A DNA stretch of 40,062 nt, taken from sequence record DRR723986_10657. One strand, given 5' to 3'. The number at the start of each line of letters is the position of its first letter. Positions within the stretch are counted from its first letter, which is position 1. Under the pieces are notes generated by a model. The model ran no database searches, was not told the origin of the DNA, and saw only the letters and a program-made list of their open reading frames with translations. Positions 15,864 to 26,100 of this stretch are shown piece by piece. The position numbers and the translations under genes are program-made.

Positions 15864-17234
15864 CTAGCCCAACTGAAACTCGGGAAGCGTCGCCACTGCA
15901 TGCAACAGACGCTTGTATCGATTGTCGCCAGAGCCAGACAGTTCAATCAACTGTTGTCGACGCGCGTCGGTGATCGGTATTGCCAACAACTGACTCGCGA
16001 AGAATTCAACTGCCTCAACAGTTGAACGAACACCATGTGACTGGAGGTAATCATCGAGCGACGTGCCACCAAAACGCGTGTCGCCGGAAAATATTACTCG
16101 CTGCAGCATATTCGCGCGGGCGAGCAAGGTTGAAGAGTTGATCCATGCTCTTCCGCCATCCCAGCCCTTCACATTCGGTGGGAAGAACAGCGCCTGCCCT
16201 GAACGCTTTAGGTCCTTACCAAGTTCGACCATACTAGTTGTTACATCGAGACTTCGCAGAAAGGAAAACGCTAACTCAACAGGAGAACGCACCTTGCGAC
16301 CGACACTCTGTTCGCTGAAAAAAAGATTGGATTTCAACAGCATCGACACTGCGGGCCCGACATGCATCTTACTGTCGGCAATCTTGTCTGCGAGCGGTTT
16401 CAGGAGGCTATCCGGCGCACGAGGCTCGTCGCAAACAAAGGCGCGAAAAATCTTGCCGGCGATAAACATCGGGCACCTCGGCTGATCAACGACAATATCC
16501 ACCGCCTCCTCGCCGTCGAAATTCCCACTGGCCGCAAGTATTGTCTTTCGGCCACGGTCTTGTTGGTACTTATTTTTTCGAAATCGGTTGCTTCGGATAC
16601 TCCAACCGGTGAAGGTCCTTGCTAGCTCCTGAACGTCTTTTTCAGAGTAGTGGCCCTCGCCGAGACAAAATAACTCCATTAACTCTCGTGCAAAATTCTC
16701 GTTCGGATGCGCTTTTCGATTGGTTTCTGAGTCGAGGTAAATCAACATCGCAGGATCCTTTGCAACGGCTTGAGCCATTACACGGAAGTCCCCCAGGGCG
16801 TTGGTGCGAAAGAGCTGATTCTGCGCCCACATCATACCGACCTCTGACACTTTCTCTGCAGAAGTGGCGAAGTGGCCGTGCCACAGGAGCGTCATCTTTT
16901 CAACAAGCTGGCTCGGTGAATTCAGCAGTCGGTAAAGCCACGCGGAGGCAAGTCGCGAGGCATCGGAACTGGCAAGAACAGCTCTTGCAAGTTGCTCTGC
17001 CTGCCGATCAGCGTCCGATTCGGCGGCAGGGAATTCCGTGGCCTTGTCGACGTAGTCAGAGTAGTTCGACTGCGCAGACTCCTGCAGTTGTTCAGAATTC
17101 GCCCCGAAGCCGATCCGCCGCAGAGCGTGCTGCCAGAGTTCCCCGCTCAGCGTTCCGTTTGGTCCGAGTTTCTTGGGTCGCCAAGCCCAAGAGACGTCCA
17201 GGCTGTCCAGTCCCGCCATATTCGTCACTCTCAT
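15864..17234 (-). CDS. DUF1800 family protein
   Basis: EKMTLLWHGHFATS, PAMLIYLD, PNENFARELMELFCLG, ARTFTGW, PPNVKGW and PEFQL. Usual partner of DUF1501. Confidence 0.92.
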   Translation of the reverse strand: MRVTNMAGLDSLDVSWAWRPKKLGPNGTLSGELWQHALRRIGFGANSEQLQESAQSNYSDYVDKATEFPAAESDADRQAEQLARAVLASSDASRLASAWLYRLLNSPSQLVEKMTLLWHGHFATSAEKVSEVGMMWAQNQLFRTNALGDFRVMAQAVAKDPAMLIYLDSETNRKAHPNENFARELMELFCLGEGHYSEKDVQELARTFTGWSIRSNRFRKNKYQQDRGRKTILAASGNFDGEEAVDIVVDQPRCPMFIAGKIFRAFVCDEPRAPDSLLKPLADKIADSKMHVGPAVSMLLKSNLFFSEQSVGRKVRSPVELAFSFLRSLDVTTSMVELGKDLKRSGQALFFPPNVKGWDGGRAWINSSTLLARANMLQRVIFSGDTRFGGTSLDDYLQSHGVRSTVEAVEFFASQLLAIPITDARRQQLIELSGSGDNRYKRLLHAVATLPEFQLG

Positions 17235-17240
17235 TGCTAT

Positions 17241-18986
17241 TTAGTTCGGGCTATCGGGCGTCACGAAGCTCAATTCTGTGTCGATTGCCATACTCTCCGT
17301 CTGGTTCTCAACAGTCAACTCAAGCTGATCAAGCAAGCTCACAAGCTTCAGCAACAGGCCAATCTCTGTTTCTGCTTCTTCACGCGAGTGTCCTTTTTCG
17401 AGCATATTCTGAGCAAGCAGTTGCTCCAAGTTATCCTGCAAGAGTACGTGAACGGCTGTTAAGTCAATTGTCAAAAGCGTGTTGAGCCGCTCCTCAGAAG
17501 CATCCGACCGTTTTCCGCTGGCAAGCGATTCTGCCAGCGTCCGACTACTACTTACAATCAATCGATCTTCGGTGGTGATCAGAGTGGGTGTAAAGTTGTA
17601 ATTGATCGGAACCAAGTCCTCTCGTGGTGCAATATAAGACGCTCGCACCACAGATGCGCCATCGCTTCGAGATGTCTCGATATCGAACTGCGGCTGTCCT
17701 TCCATCGCTCCAACCACATTCAAGAATCCAAGCAGACTGATGAAGACACGTCTCATTTCGGGAGCGGTCGCCTCGGAATCCAGCATTTTGAATTCGAAGG
17801 CGAACCCCGGTAATTGTATCGCTGGCATCGGAGCGTCACCGAACTCCTGCCTTTGGACAACAATCTGCACGCGGGGATCCAACGCACCAAGAATGTCTTC
17901 ACCAAAATCCTTCCCCGAGAAGAAAATGCTAAGTTGACTGTCGGCCTGAGGCAATTCCTCGGTGGCTTTGTCGATCATCAAATCGCCGCTTCGCAACCAA
18001 GCCTCAGCCAGCCCGCGATAGGCACTCAGCGCTGCAACTCGACCAGCAACTTCCGGCGGCGCAGGGGCAGCATCTTCACCATCTGGTGCAAAGAAGTAGC
18101 TGCGATTCTCATCCGGATACCCGTCGGCGTGAACAATACTCGTTTGCAGTTCAATCGAATTCTCATTCAACTGCAACTGTGCAGTCGCTGCCGGCGATGT
18201 TGCCAAACCTCCGATGAGGCCGCCAACGAGAAACTCTGCCAAAATATTCTCGGTCTTGCCAGAGTACAACTCGGGTGCAACACCAAGATCTCGAATCGTT
18301 TCTACATCAAAGAATGCACGGGCGGCCGCTTCACCACTACGAGCTGATTTTGCAAACGATTCAAAACGGGCGTGTTCGGCAAGCGTTCCCGAGGTGGGTG
18401 AATCCAGGATTCGATCCAGAATGCCTCGACCATACTCCGGCTTGTTCGTAGCCAACACCCAGTTATCAACAGTCGCAACTGCGACATCGTCATTGCGGAA
18501 TGCGTTTACACCGCGATACTCACCTTCATCGATCTTGGATTTCCCTAGACGCAGTGTACTCAGCAGAACATTGCTAAACTTCTGGGCCGTATCCTCGTTT
18601 CTGCCCACCAGAATGACTGCGACGGCGTCTTCGCTTGGATCGACCGCTAAACAGAGACCTTCACCCGAAATTTCGCCGACCGCTTTCCGCCACTTCATTC
18701 CAAGTGCCGCTTCGAAGATCGCCACGCCGCCTCGAAATGCGGAGTATTCGCCGGACAGCTTAAACTGCTTAAATTCGGGGATTTGTTCAACAGAATCACG
18801 CAGTGGATGCGTCATCACATAGTCGACTACTTTCTCAGGTTCTGGCACATGGACCAGAATCGCAACCGATTGCGGCAGCTTCTGGGCGACGCGCAGAAGC
18901 GTTTCGTCCGCCGCGGCTGCTTGAGCCGCCCCGAAAAGGCTGGTAAGAACAACAAAGCAACCGGCAAGAAATGATTGACGCGGCAT
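17241..18986 (-). CDS. Exported hypothetical protein (possibly DUF3352-like)
   Basis: Long ORF with a signal peptide from ATG 18986 (MPRQSFLAGCFVVL...AQAAA). Its stop lies 6 bp from the DUF1800 start. Family assignment is tentative. Confidence 0.75.
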   Translation of the reverse strand: MPRQSFLAGCFVVLTSLFGAAQAAAADETLLRVAQKLPQSVAILVHVPEPEKVVDYVMTHPLRDSVEQIPEFKQFKLSGEYSAFRGGVAIFEAALGMKWRKAVGEISGEGLCLAVDPSEDAVAVILVGRNEDTAQKFSNVLLSTLRLGKSKIDEGEYRGVNAFRNDDVAVATVDNWVLATNKPEYGRGILDRILDSPTSGTLAEHARFESFAKSARSGEAAARAFFDVETIRDLGVAPELYSGKTENILAEFLVGGLIGGLATSPAATAQLQLNENSIELQTSIVHADGYPDENRSYFFAPDGEDAAPAPPEVAGRVAALSAYRGLAEAWLRSGDLMIDKATEELPQADSQLSIFFSGKDFGEDILGALDPRVQIVVQRQEFGDAPMPAIQLPGFAFEFKMLDSEATAPEMRRVFISLLGFLNVVGAMEGQPQFDIETSRSDGASVVRASYIAPREDLVPINYNFTPTLITTEDRLIVSSSRTLAESLASGKRSDASEERLNTLLTIDLTAVHVLLQDNLEQLLAQNMLEKGHSREEAETEIGLLLKLVSLLDQLELTVENQTESMAIDTELSFVTPDSPN

Positions 18987-19221
18987 TGGGTGGGACCGAA
19001 CAGAAAGAGCAATATTTTTGGTGAGGCACTTCGCCACTGTGATTGCATAGCACGGCAAAGCAATGCCATTGCAAAACAGCAGCACAGCGAAGCAGCAGCA
19101 CAGTGAGACCGGGTGTGGTGTGCTATTGTATACGAATCGCTAAAGTCGATCGTTACGCGGGCAAAGACCTAATCTCACCAAAATTGTGCTCACCCATCAC
19201 AACAGAGGACAAGCACTGCCA

Positions 19222-19680
19222 ATGCTGCGTTTTTCAAGTCGTGAATGGTTAACGCTCACCGCCGTAGCGGCCCTGCTCCTGGCATTGCTATTGCAATTTT
19301 CCGTTGCTGTTTGGAGTGGCTCGATGCGTTTGTCGCTGTCGCCATTCAACACGGCTGACGTCGATACAAACGCGATTTTGGTCGCTTACTGCTGGCGTGC
19401 AGAGGAACTAACGGACTCCGTCACGCCAGACACCTACAACTTCCGGCCACTAAAATGGGATGCAGGCTCTGCTTACATCGACCTGCCAACGTCGGGTCGT
19501 TCAGCAACGTGGCTTGCCGAAGACTCTTACAACCACCCGAAGTACTTGATCATCCTGTTTCACCGAGGTCCGAAAGGTTCGTCCCCTGTCCAACGAGGCG
19601 TCAAATATGCCATACAGCGAACACCGCGTGATTCGCATTCCAGAGGGACGCGGCGACAGAAGCTTGGCAGTCGACCTTAG
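19222..19680 (+). CDS. Small hypothetical membrane-anchored or exported protein
   Basis: Fills an otherwise empty gap. N-terminus MLRFSSREWLTLTAVAALLLALL, with GAGGA upstream. No recognisable domain. Confidence 0.5.
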   Translation: MLRFSSREWLTLTAVAALLLALLLQFSVAVWSGSMRLSLSPFNTADVDTNAILVAYCWRAEELTDSVTPDTYNFRPLKWDAGSAYIDLPTSGRSATWLAEDSYNHPKYLIILFHRGPKGSSPVQRGVKYAIQRTPRDSHSRGTRRQKLGSRP

Positions 19681-19828
19681 TCGATCAATGGACTGAAGAC
19701 GCTAAACTGATCCAGCCACTGATTGAGCAGGCCGAATTGCCTAGGTCTTTTCAATTCCCTGAGCCGCGACTCGAATCGCAACCGAACCACCAGAAAACCA
19801 ACCGGCCAACAAAATAGAGGTACCCGCA

Positions 19829-20548
19829 ATGCTCTCCCAACAACCGCTGCTGTCCCCACTCCGCTTGAGTGCCTTCGCCAAGGGTTGCTTAATTCTGACC
19901 GTAATCGCCATTGCCGGTCACTCTTCGGCGCTTGGTCAAGAAGAAATTCCAAAGGAGTTAGATGGGCTTCCACTGGTCTTTTCTGAAGACTTCGAGCAAG
20001 GAATGGACAAGTTCCAGACAACCGACAAGAAAGCGTGGAAGGTAACCAAGGAAGAAGGCGGCAATCATGTACTTTCGCTGCTTGTTCGCAAGAGTGACTA
20101 TCAACCAAAGGTACGAAGCCCCCACAATATCGCGCTGATCAAAGACCTGAAGTTAACCGAAGCAGTCATTACGTATCGGGTCCGCAGCACCAAAGACACC
20201 GGCAATCACCGCGACTGCTGTACGTTCTTTGCCCACCAGGACCCTCAGCATTTCTACTACGTGCACCTGGGTGCAAAACCTGATCCAGCAAGCGGACAAA
20301 TCATGATCGTCGATGGTGAACCACGTCGTCCGCTTACCGATAATAAGAAACTCGTCCCCTGGGACGACGATTGGCACCAGCTAAAGATAGTGCGGAGTGC
20401 CAAGTCAGGAGAAATCCGAGTTTACTTTGACGACATGAAGAAAGTTCACATGACGGCCAAAGACGCTACTTTTGGCAAAGGCGCGATTGGCATCGGATCT
20501 TTCGACGACATGAACGACTTCGATGATATCCGCATCTACGGAAAATAG
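19829..20548 (+). CDS. Secreted ConA/LamG-like beta-sandwich protein (DUF1080 / 3-keto-disaccharide hydrolase-like)
   Basis: Signal peptide, LVFSEDFE, WHQLKIVR and GAIGIGSFDDMNDFDDIRIY. Confidence 0.75.
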   Translation: MLSQQPLLSPLRLSAFAKGCLILTVIAIAGHSSALGQEEIPKELDGLPLVFSEDFEQGMDKFQTTDKKAWKVTKEEGGNHVLSLLVRKSDYQPKVRSPHNIALIKDLKLTEAVITYRVRSTKDTGNHRDCCTFFAHQDPQHFYYVHLGAKPDPASGQIMIVDGEPRRPLTDNKKLVPWDDDWHQLKIVRSAKSGEIRVYFDDMKKVHMTAKDATFGKGAIGIGSFDDMNDFDDIRIYGK

Positions 20549-20590
20549 TCCGACCAATCGCAAAGAAGCCTTGTCGCACTGGAGAAGCAA

Positions 20591-21907
20591 TTGATCTGGC
20601 GAGCCCTTGCAGGATTTTCACTATTGCTGCTTGTCGGCATGTTGCTTGGAACGAGCATGCTGGTCTACTCGGCCTATGTTCTCATTGCCGTGTTTTGGAT
20701 CAGCAGCTATCTCGCAAAGCGATGGACTGAGGCGTTGGTTGCAACGCGGACAATCTCGTCAACGGAAGTGGAAATTGGTGACGAAGTTTCAGTGCAAATC
20801 CGGCTCGACAATCGCGATTCAATCCCGATCGTTTGGGTGCTTGTCGAAGATCTGATTCCTCGCTTTTTAACCGATGGCGTGCACCAAGCGCTGGAAATTG
20901 AAGGAAATCATTTGCGGGTTACTGGATTGAAGGCGCGGAGCAGCCGCGTCATCGCCTACCGACTCAAGACACTTCGCCGAGGATACTTCCAGCTTGGCCC
21001 CGTCGTAGCCGAGACCGGCGATCTCCTTGGCCTCCATCGTCGTTTCCGTCGCATCACCGGTGCATCTCACTTACTTGTTCTTCCGAAGCTTATCCCATTG
21101 AGCGGATATGACGTTGCGTCCCGCCGCCCTGTTGGCGAGGTGAAGGTTAGCTATCGTCTCTTAGAAGACCCAACGATGATCTCAGGGATCAGAGATTATC
21201 GTCCTGGAGATCCGATTCGAAGCGTTCACTGGCGGGCATCAGCGCGCACTGGAAACCTGCAGTGCAAACAGTATGAACCGACCTGTGTTGCAGGAGCCAT
21301 GTTGATCGTTGACATGCACACCGAGTCCAATCCCAAGCAGCATGAACCGGTACGCACCGACCTTGCCGTAACGGCAGCCGCATCCATTTGTCATACTTTA
21401 ATGTTAATGCAGCAACAATTTGGCTTGGTATCCAATGGGCGAGATGCGGTCGACCGAATCCGAGATATTGCTTCTTCGAACAATGAATTTGATTCATTGG
21501 AAACCGCGGGAAGTAGTCTGGCAATGCACAAGCAAAGCGATCGGCTTCGCCCTGTGATAGTCGATTGCGACCGAGGCGAAGAGCACTTCCAAACCATACA
21601 CCGAACTCTCGCACGGCTAGAACGCAGCGATGCAATGGGACTTGAAGACCTACTGCAGCAAGCTCAGGATCGGCTCCCGCGAAGCGCGACCGTACTGGTG
21701 ATCCTACAAGAGGTTACCGATCGTGCAGCCCTGGCGCTTGGTCTATTGCGTCGGCAAGGATACAGCGTCTCGGCGATCGTCAACAACTTTGACGGCGAAC
21801 CGTATCGCGAAGCGGTTGGCAGGCTGCTGGCGAACCACATCGCTGTCTATCACCTGCAGAGTGAAGAGTCCGTGCACCAAATCTGTAAATCACTCGTGTT
21901 GCGTTAG
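20591..21907 (+). CDS. DUF58 domain-containing membrane protein
   Basis: Two N-terminal TM segments, RRGYFQLGP, GIRDYRPGDPIRSVHWRASAR and AAAS. Confidence 0.9.
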   Translation: MIWRALAGFSLLLLVGMLLGTSMLVYSAYVLIAVFWISSYLAKRWTEALVATRTISSTEVEIGDEVSVQIRLDNRDSIPIVWVLVEDLIPRFLTDGVHQALEIEGNHLRVTGLKARSSRVIAYRLKTLRRGYFQLGPVVAETGDLLGLHRRFRRITGASHLLVLPKLIPLSGYDVASRRPVGEVKVSYRLLEDPTMISGIRDYRPGDPIRSVHWRASARTGNLQCKQYEPTCVAGAMLIVDMHTESNPKQHEPVRTDLAVTAAASICHTLMLMQQQFGLVSNGRDAVDRIRDIASSNNEFDSLETAGSSLAMHKQSDRLRPVIVDCDRGEEHFQTIHRTLARLERSDAMGLEDLLQQAQDRLPRSATVLVILQEVTDRAALALGLLRRQGYSVSAIVNNFDGEPYREAVGRLLANHIAVYHLQSEESVHQICKSLVLR

Positions 21908-21985
21908 CGTAGCCATGCTTCGATCGCCATGCTTCGATTGCATTGCAGAGACAGTGATGCACCTGCGGAGTTGTAGAACCGCCCA

Positions 21986-23023
21986 TCATTCAGGCAGGCA
22001 CCATCCTAATCGCCTCGCGAAGTCCGCTTGAAACTCTGCTCGGTGGCGGCTGACCGTTGTTCTTGGATCAAATGAATCAGTCGACGGCAGATCGCGATAC
22101 CAACCATCGCTTTCCCGATGAAATCGTCCTCCCCAACCGGGTTTGGATGGATCGGCCGGATCATTGCCACCACGGGGCAGAAAGAAATGCCAAGCCGGCG
22201 TATCACCTTCTTTCATGCAGCTATGCGGATTTGGTGCCGTCCATGTCTTTGTCGGGTAGAGACTCCCCAGCGGACCTTTGCTGAGCACGTTTTGCTGAAT
22301 CCAATCCTTACTGGTCAGCTTTTCATCTCCCGTAAGATACATCCCACGATAGGTGCCACGGCGTTTGTCGGTGCCCTTGGGGGCCATCGCCAAAATGTAG
22401 TGCATTCCGCGAAACTCTGTCCGCATCCAGTCAGCTATGCCGTCTTGATCATTGATGTCATAGACTCGAAATTTGGAAACGAAATCGTCAAAGTCATCAG
22501 AGCTACGCTGCGTCTTCACACTCCACAGCGCCTGAGCGAGATCCGTCTGCCCACCCCAAACCGATATATTCAAGGGGTCATCAGGAGAACCACGGTCTAT
22601 GCACTTGACCAACCAACGCGACCCTTCCGTATCATGGCCGTCTCCGATAAATTTCCGTGATCGATACTTGTTGCCTGACTTGATTTTCGATGCCAGCTCT
22701 TTCTCGCTGGGCCAATTCTCTTCGTGGTGTTGCAGGTTTGGCAAAACCTTACCGTACGCCTCAACAACTTGACGAATCAGATCAGGGCGTGTGATCGACT
22801 CCTTCAACTCACCTCGCGTCCCAGATGCACTCGCTACAAAGGCTTCAATCCGAAACTTGTTGGCATAGACAAGGAGCCGAACGAGCGACTGCGTGTCGTC
22901 AGGGTCACCACCGATGTCAGTCAACACTGCCAGACGAGGGCGCTCATCAGCTGCGACCAAGATGCCTGGCAGCAAGAAAACGCCGACAACAAGAAACGCA
23001 CAATAATCTCTAGCTCGGCTCAT
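21986..23023 (-). CDS. Secreted DUF1593 (nucleoside-hydrolase-like fold) protein
   Basis: RPRLAVLTDIGGDPDDTQSLVRLLVYAN, WGG, EGDTP, WGGRF and QADFARR. Start moved to ATG 23023, which has GGAG upstream. Confidence 0.85.
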   Translation of the reverse strand: MSRARDYCAFLVVGVFLLPGILVAADERPRLAVLTDIGGDPDDTQSLVRLLVYANKFRIEAFVASASGTRGELKESITRPDLIRQVVEAYGKVLPNLQHHEENWPSEKELASKIKSGNKYRSRKFIGDGHDTEGSRWLVKCIDRGSPDDPLNISVWGGQTDLAQALWSVKTQRSSDDFDDFVSKFRVYDINDQDGIADWMRTEFRGMHYILAMAPKGTDKRRGTYRGMYLTGDEKLTSKDWIQQNVLSKGPLGSLYPTKTWTAPNPHSCMKEGDTPAWHFFLPRGGNDPADPSKPGWGGRFHRESDGWYRDLPSTDSFDPRTTVSRHRAEFQADFARRLGWCLPE

Positions 23024-23180
23024 CAAAATCACTCCATTGCTTGACTGACTCTTCACGACTTTACTGTCTCAGGACCGCTCAGTCAAAACTCGACCGAGCA
23101 GCGTCGTTAACCAGCATAGCGAAGCCCTGAATTCACGAACCAGCCGTGGGCTGCCAATAGTTCATCCAGTCGCGTGGCAA

Positions 23181-26100
23181 CTAAGAGTTCAATCGATAGT
23201 TATCCAGAATAAGCTGCAGTATAGCTTCTTCCTCGTCGACATCGCTCGGCTGGCTGAGGTCACCGAAGTAGGCATCACGGTTGCTCAATCCTTCACCTTC
23301 CGCCTCGGCGTTCAGATGGTTGATCACAATGAGCACGTCTGAGGCAGTGACGAAGTTGTCCGCGTTGATGTCCAACCAGCCTTGTTCTGGTGGCGTGTTA
23401 TTCGGCACCTGGCTGACATTGCCCGCATTGATGTAATTGATGATTACCAACGCATCAATTGGTGTTACCGCCGTATCGCCATTGGCATCCAGCGCTGAAC
23501 CCGCGTTGTGCCACGGAAACTGATTGTCGATGATGTTGATCGAGAATGTATCCGAGGCGAATGCAAGGTCGTCGTCGAAGGCAGAAATCCGGACTTGTAG
23601 TTCTCCGCTGTCTGAGGCAGATGGCGTGCCAGAAAGCGTTAGCGTTTCGACATCAAATGAGATCCACGTCGGCAGTGAAAATCCGTCGCCATCAACCGCA
23701 CGAAACTGCAACGAATCTCCCTCGTCTTCATCAATGAACGTACCGGATGGAATCGTGTAAACGAATTCTTCCCCGACTTCCGCTTCTTGATCGGCGATCG
23801 CGTTGGCAACCTGCGGTGCATCATTAAGATCTTGCACCGTCACCGTGAAGGTATGCTGATCGGCGGCTCCCTGTGCATCCTGAACTTCCACGACCACTTG
23901 GGCACTACTGGAAGCTTCAAAATTGATGTCTGCCCCGTCGCGGACGAGCAGTTGCCCGTTCTCGCCGAACACAAACCAATCCTCAGACTGCGACACGATG
24001 GAGAAAGTATGCGAATCACCGGCGTCTTGATCGTTTGCGACAATGGTTGCCACTACTGTTCCAGCGATACCATTTTCGTTGGCATCGATTGCAGCATCAA
24101 CCAACTCAGGTGCATCGTTTGCATCGTCCACTCGGATGGTAAGCGTTGCTTCGGCCGTTGCAGGCGGGCTGAATGAGTCGACGGCACGCACGACTACCTG
24201 ATAGGAATCGAGCAGTTCATAGTCGAGTTTCGCATCTTCCTCGAGCGAAATTTCGCCATCGCTACTAAGCTCGAACAGCGAATCTGGGCCGCTCACCCAC
24301 TCAAAGCTGATCTGTTGATCTGCATCTTCGTCACTTGCGGCGACTTTTGCCACAACTTCGCCGCTTGCGGTAGCCTCGGAAACGCCAAAGGTTTGATTCT
24401 CGATTTTCGGAGGGTCGTTAGCATCGACAACTTGCAGCGTCACCGTTTGTTCTGCTTGCAAGGCTGGTTCGCCCGAATCGGAGACGCGAATTACCATTTC
24501 ATAGCTTTGCGTCTCTTCGAAATTGAGGCTAGTCCCGGGAAGTAGTCGCAGTTCGCCACCAGGGTGGATCGTGAAGGCTGGTTCTGCTGGCTGAAGAATT
24601 TCCCAAGACAAGCTTTGCCCTGCATCAGGGTCTGAATGCGTGACGAAACCAACGGTTGCACCGGCCTCGAGCGCCTCCGACGAACGGACGGTTTGTTCAG
24701 GAATCGACGGCGCTTCGTTGACATCCTCCAAGTTGATGGTGATGCTACGCTGCCCAAAAACAGACGAATCGCGTCGATCGGTGGCCCTCAGGGCTAGTAC
24801 AAAAGACGGCATCGATTCGAAGTCAATCGGCCGAGGGTCGGCAACTGTAATGACACCCGTCTGGGCGTCGATTGCGAACGCGCCAGCTTCGTTGCCGGTC
24901 GCAAACGAGAAATCAAACTCGCCGTTTTCACCAGCGTCTTCGTCAGAGGCGGTCACAGTACCAACGACAGCACCTGTTCCGGGATTCTCAGCGATTGATG
25001 CACTGAAGAAATCAACGACGGGTGCATCGTTTGCGTCGGCAACATTGACCGTTACGGTTGCCTCAGCAAAAAGCTCGCTATCGGTCGTGTCGACGAGCTT
25101 CATAACAAGTTGATGCGATGTTGCAGTTTCGTAGTCCAGGCCCGCTCCGGTGAGAATCAGGCGGCGGTTCGTAAAGTCGAATTCGAAGAGCCCATCCTCG
25201 TTGCCCGACAAGAATTCTGCGGTTAACTTTTGGTGCGGATAGCCAAGTTCGAGATTAAGACCACCAATCGAAGTGCCAATATCATGCGCTTCGCTAGGAG
25301 TGAGCGTTGTGTCCTCGAACCGTGGCGGTTCGCCTCCGGCGAGTGCGAAGTGCTTATCCGTCAATTGGACTTCATCTGTCGTATTGAATTCGTGCCGCCC
25401 AGATACTGGCGTTTGTACTCGATATCCATCGGGCGGTGTAATCGAAACGAAGTGGCTTCCGCTGGGCACTCGGTCAAACGCGTAGCCGCCATCGGCGTTG
25501 GTAGTCGTAGTCTGTTGCGGTAGCTCAAATGCAATCGCGTCGATCCTGCCGAAGGGTGACGAATCGCGATAGGAATCGTTGGAATAGGCAACGGCAAAGG
25601 CAATGTCACCCGCAGCAGAACCGATGGTCAAAGTCTGCTCCTGGTCAGCCCGCAGTGCTTGAGTACGCAAAAACCCAAGCGACTGCCCTTCAGCGTTGTA
25701 AATCTCCAGTCGCCCGTATACGTCAGTCAAAGTCGAGTTGCCAATGAAGTTGGCACTCACCTCTCGGGCAGGCCGGTAGAAGTCCATTCGCAAACGCCGG
25801 TTCTCGCTGAAGAACCCAACGCCGGAATGCGCAAACTGCTGTCCACGTTCTGGCTCGGTGAAGACCTTGTCATCGATGGTGATATCAAATCCGTGGTGCT
25901 GATTGGAGTCTCCCGCAGTCGTCAAGGTAACGTTGCTCGAGATGTTATTGACAATGTCGCCTTCGTCATAATCATCAGCGATGATCGATTCGCGATGGAA
26001 ACTACCACCAAACAGTCCGTCGGAATCAAGAAATACGTCGACGTCAGCAAGTCCGACCTCGCCCGCGTCCTGAACTGCATTCAAGTTACTGTCTTGAAAA

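Noticed and set aside
16619-17485. 288-aa + strand ORF
   Set aside because: Antisense to DUF1800 and its upstream gene; R/S/Q/P-rich composition typical of non-coding frames.
19060-19103. CAGCAGCACAG twice (19077, 19093) and a small GCAATG/CATTGC palindrome
   Set aside because: Short, low-complexity and without supporting context.
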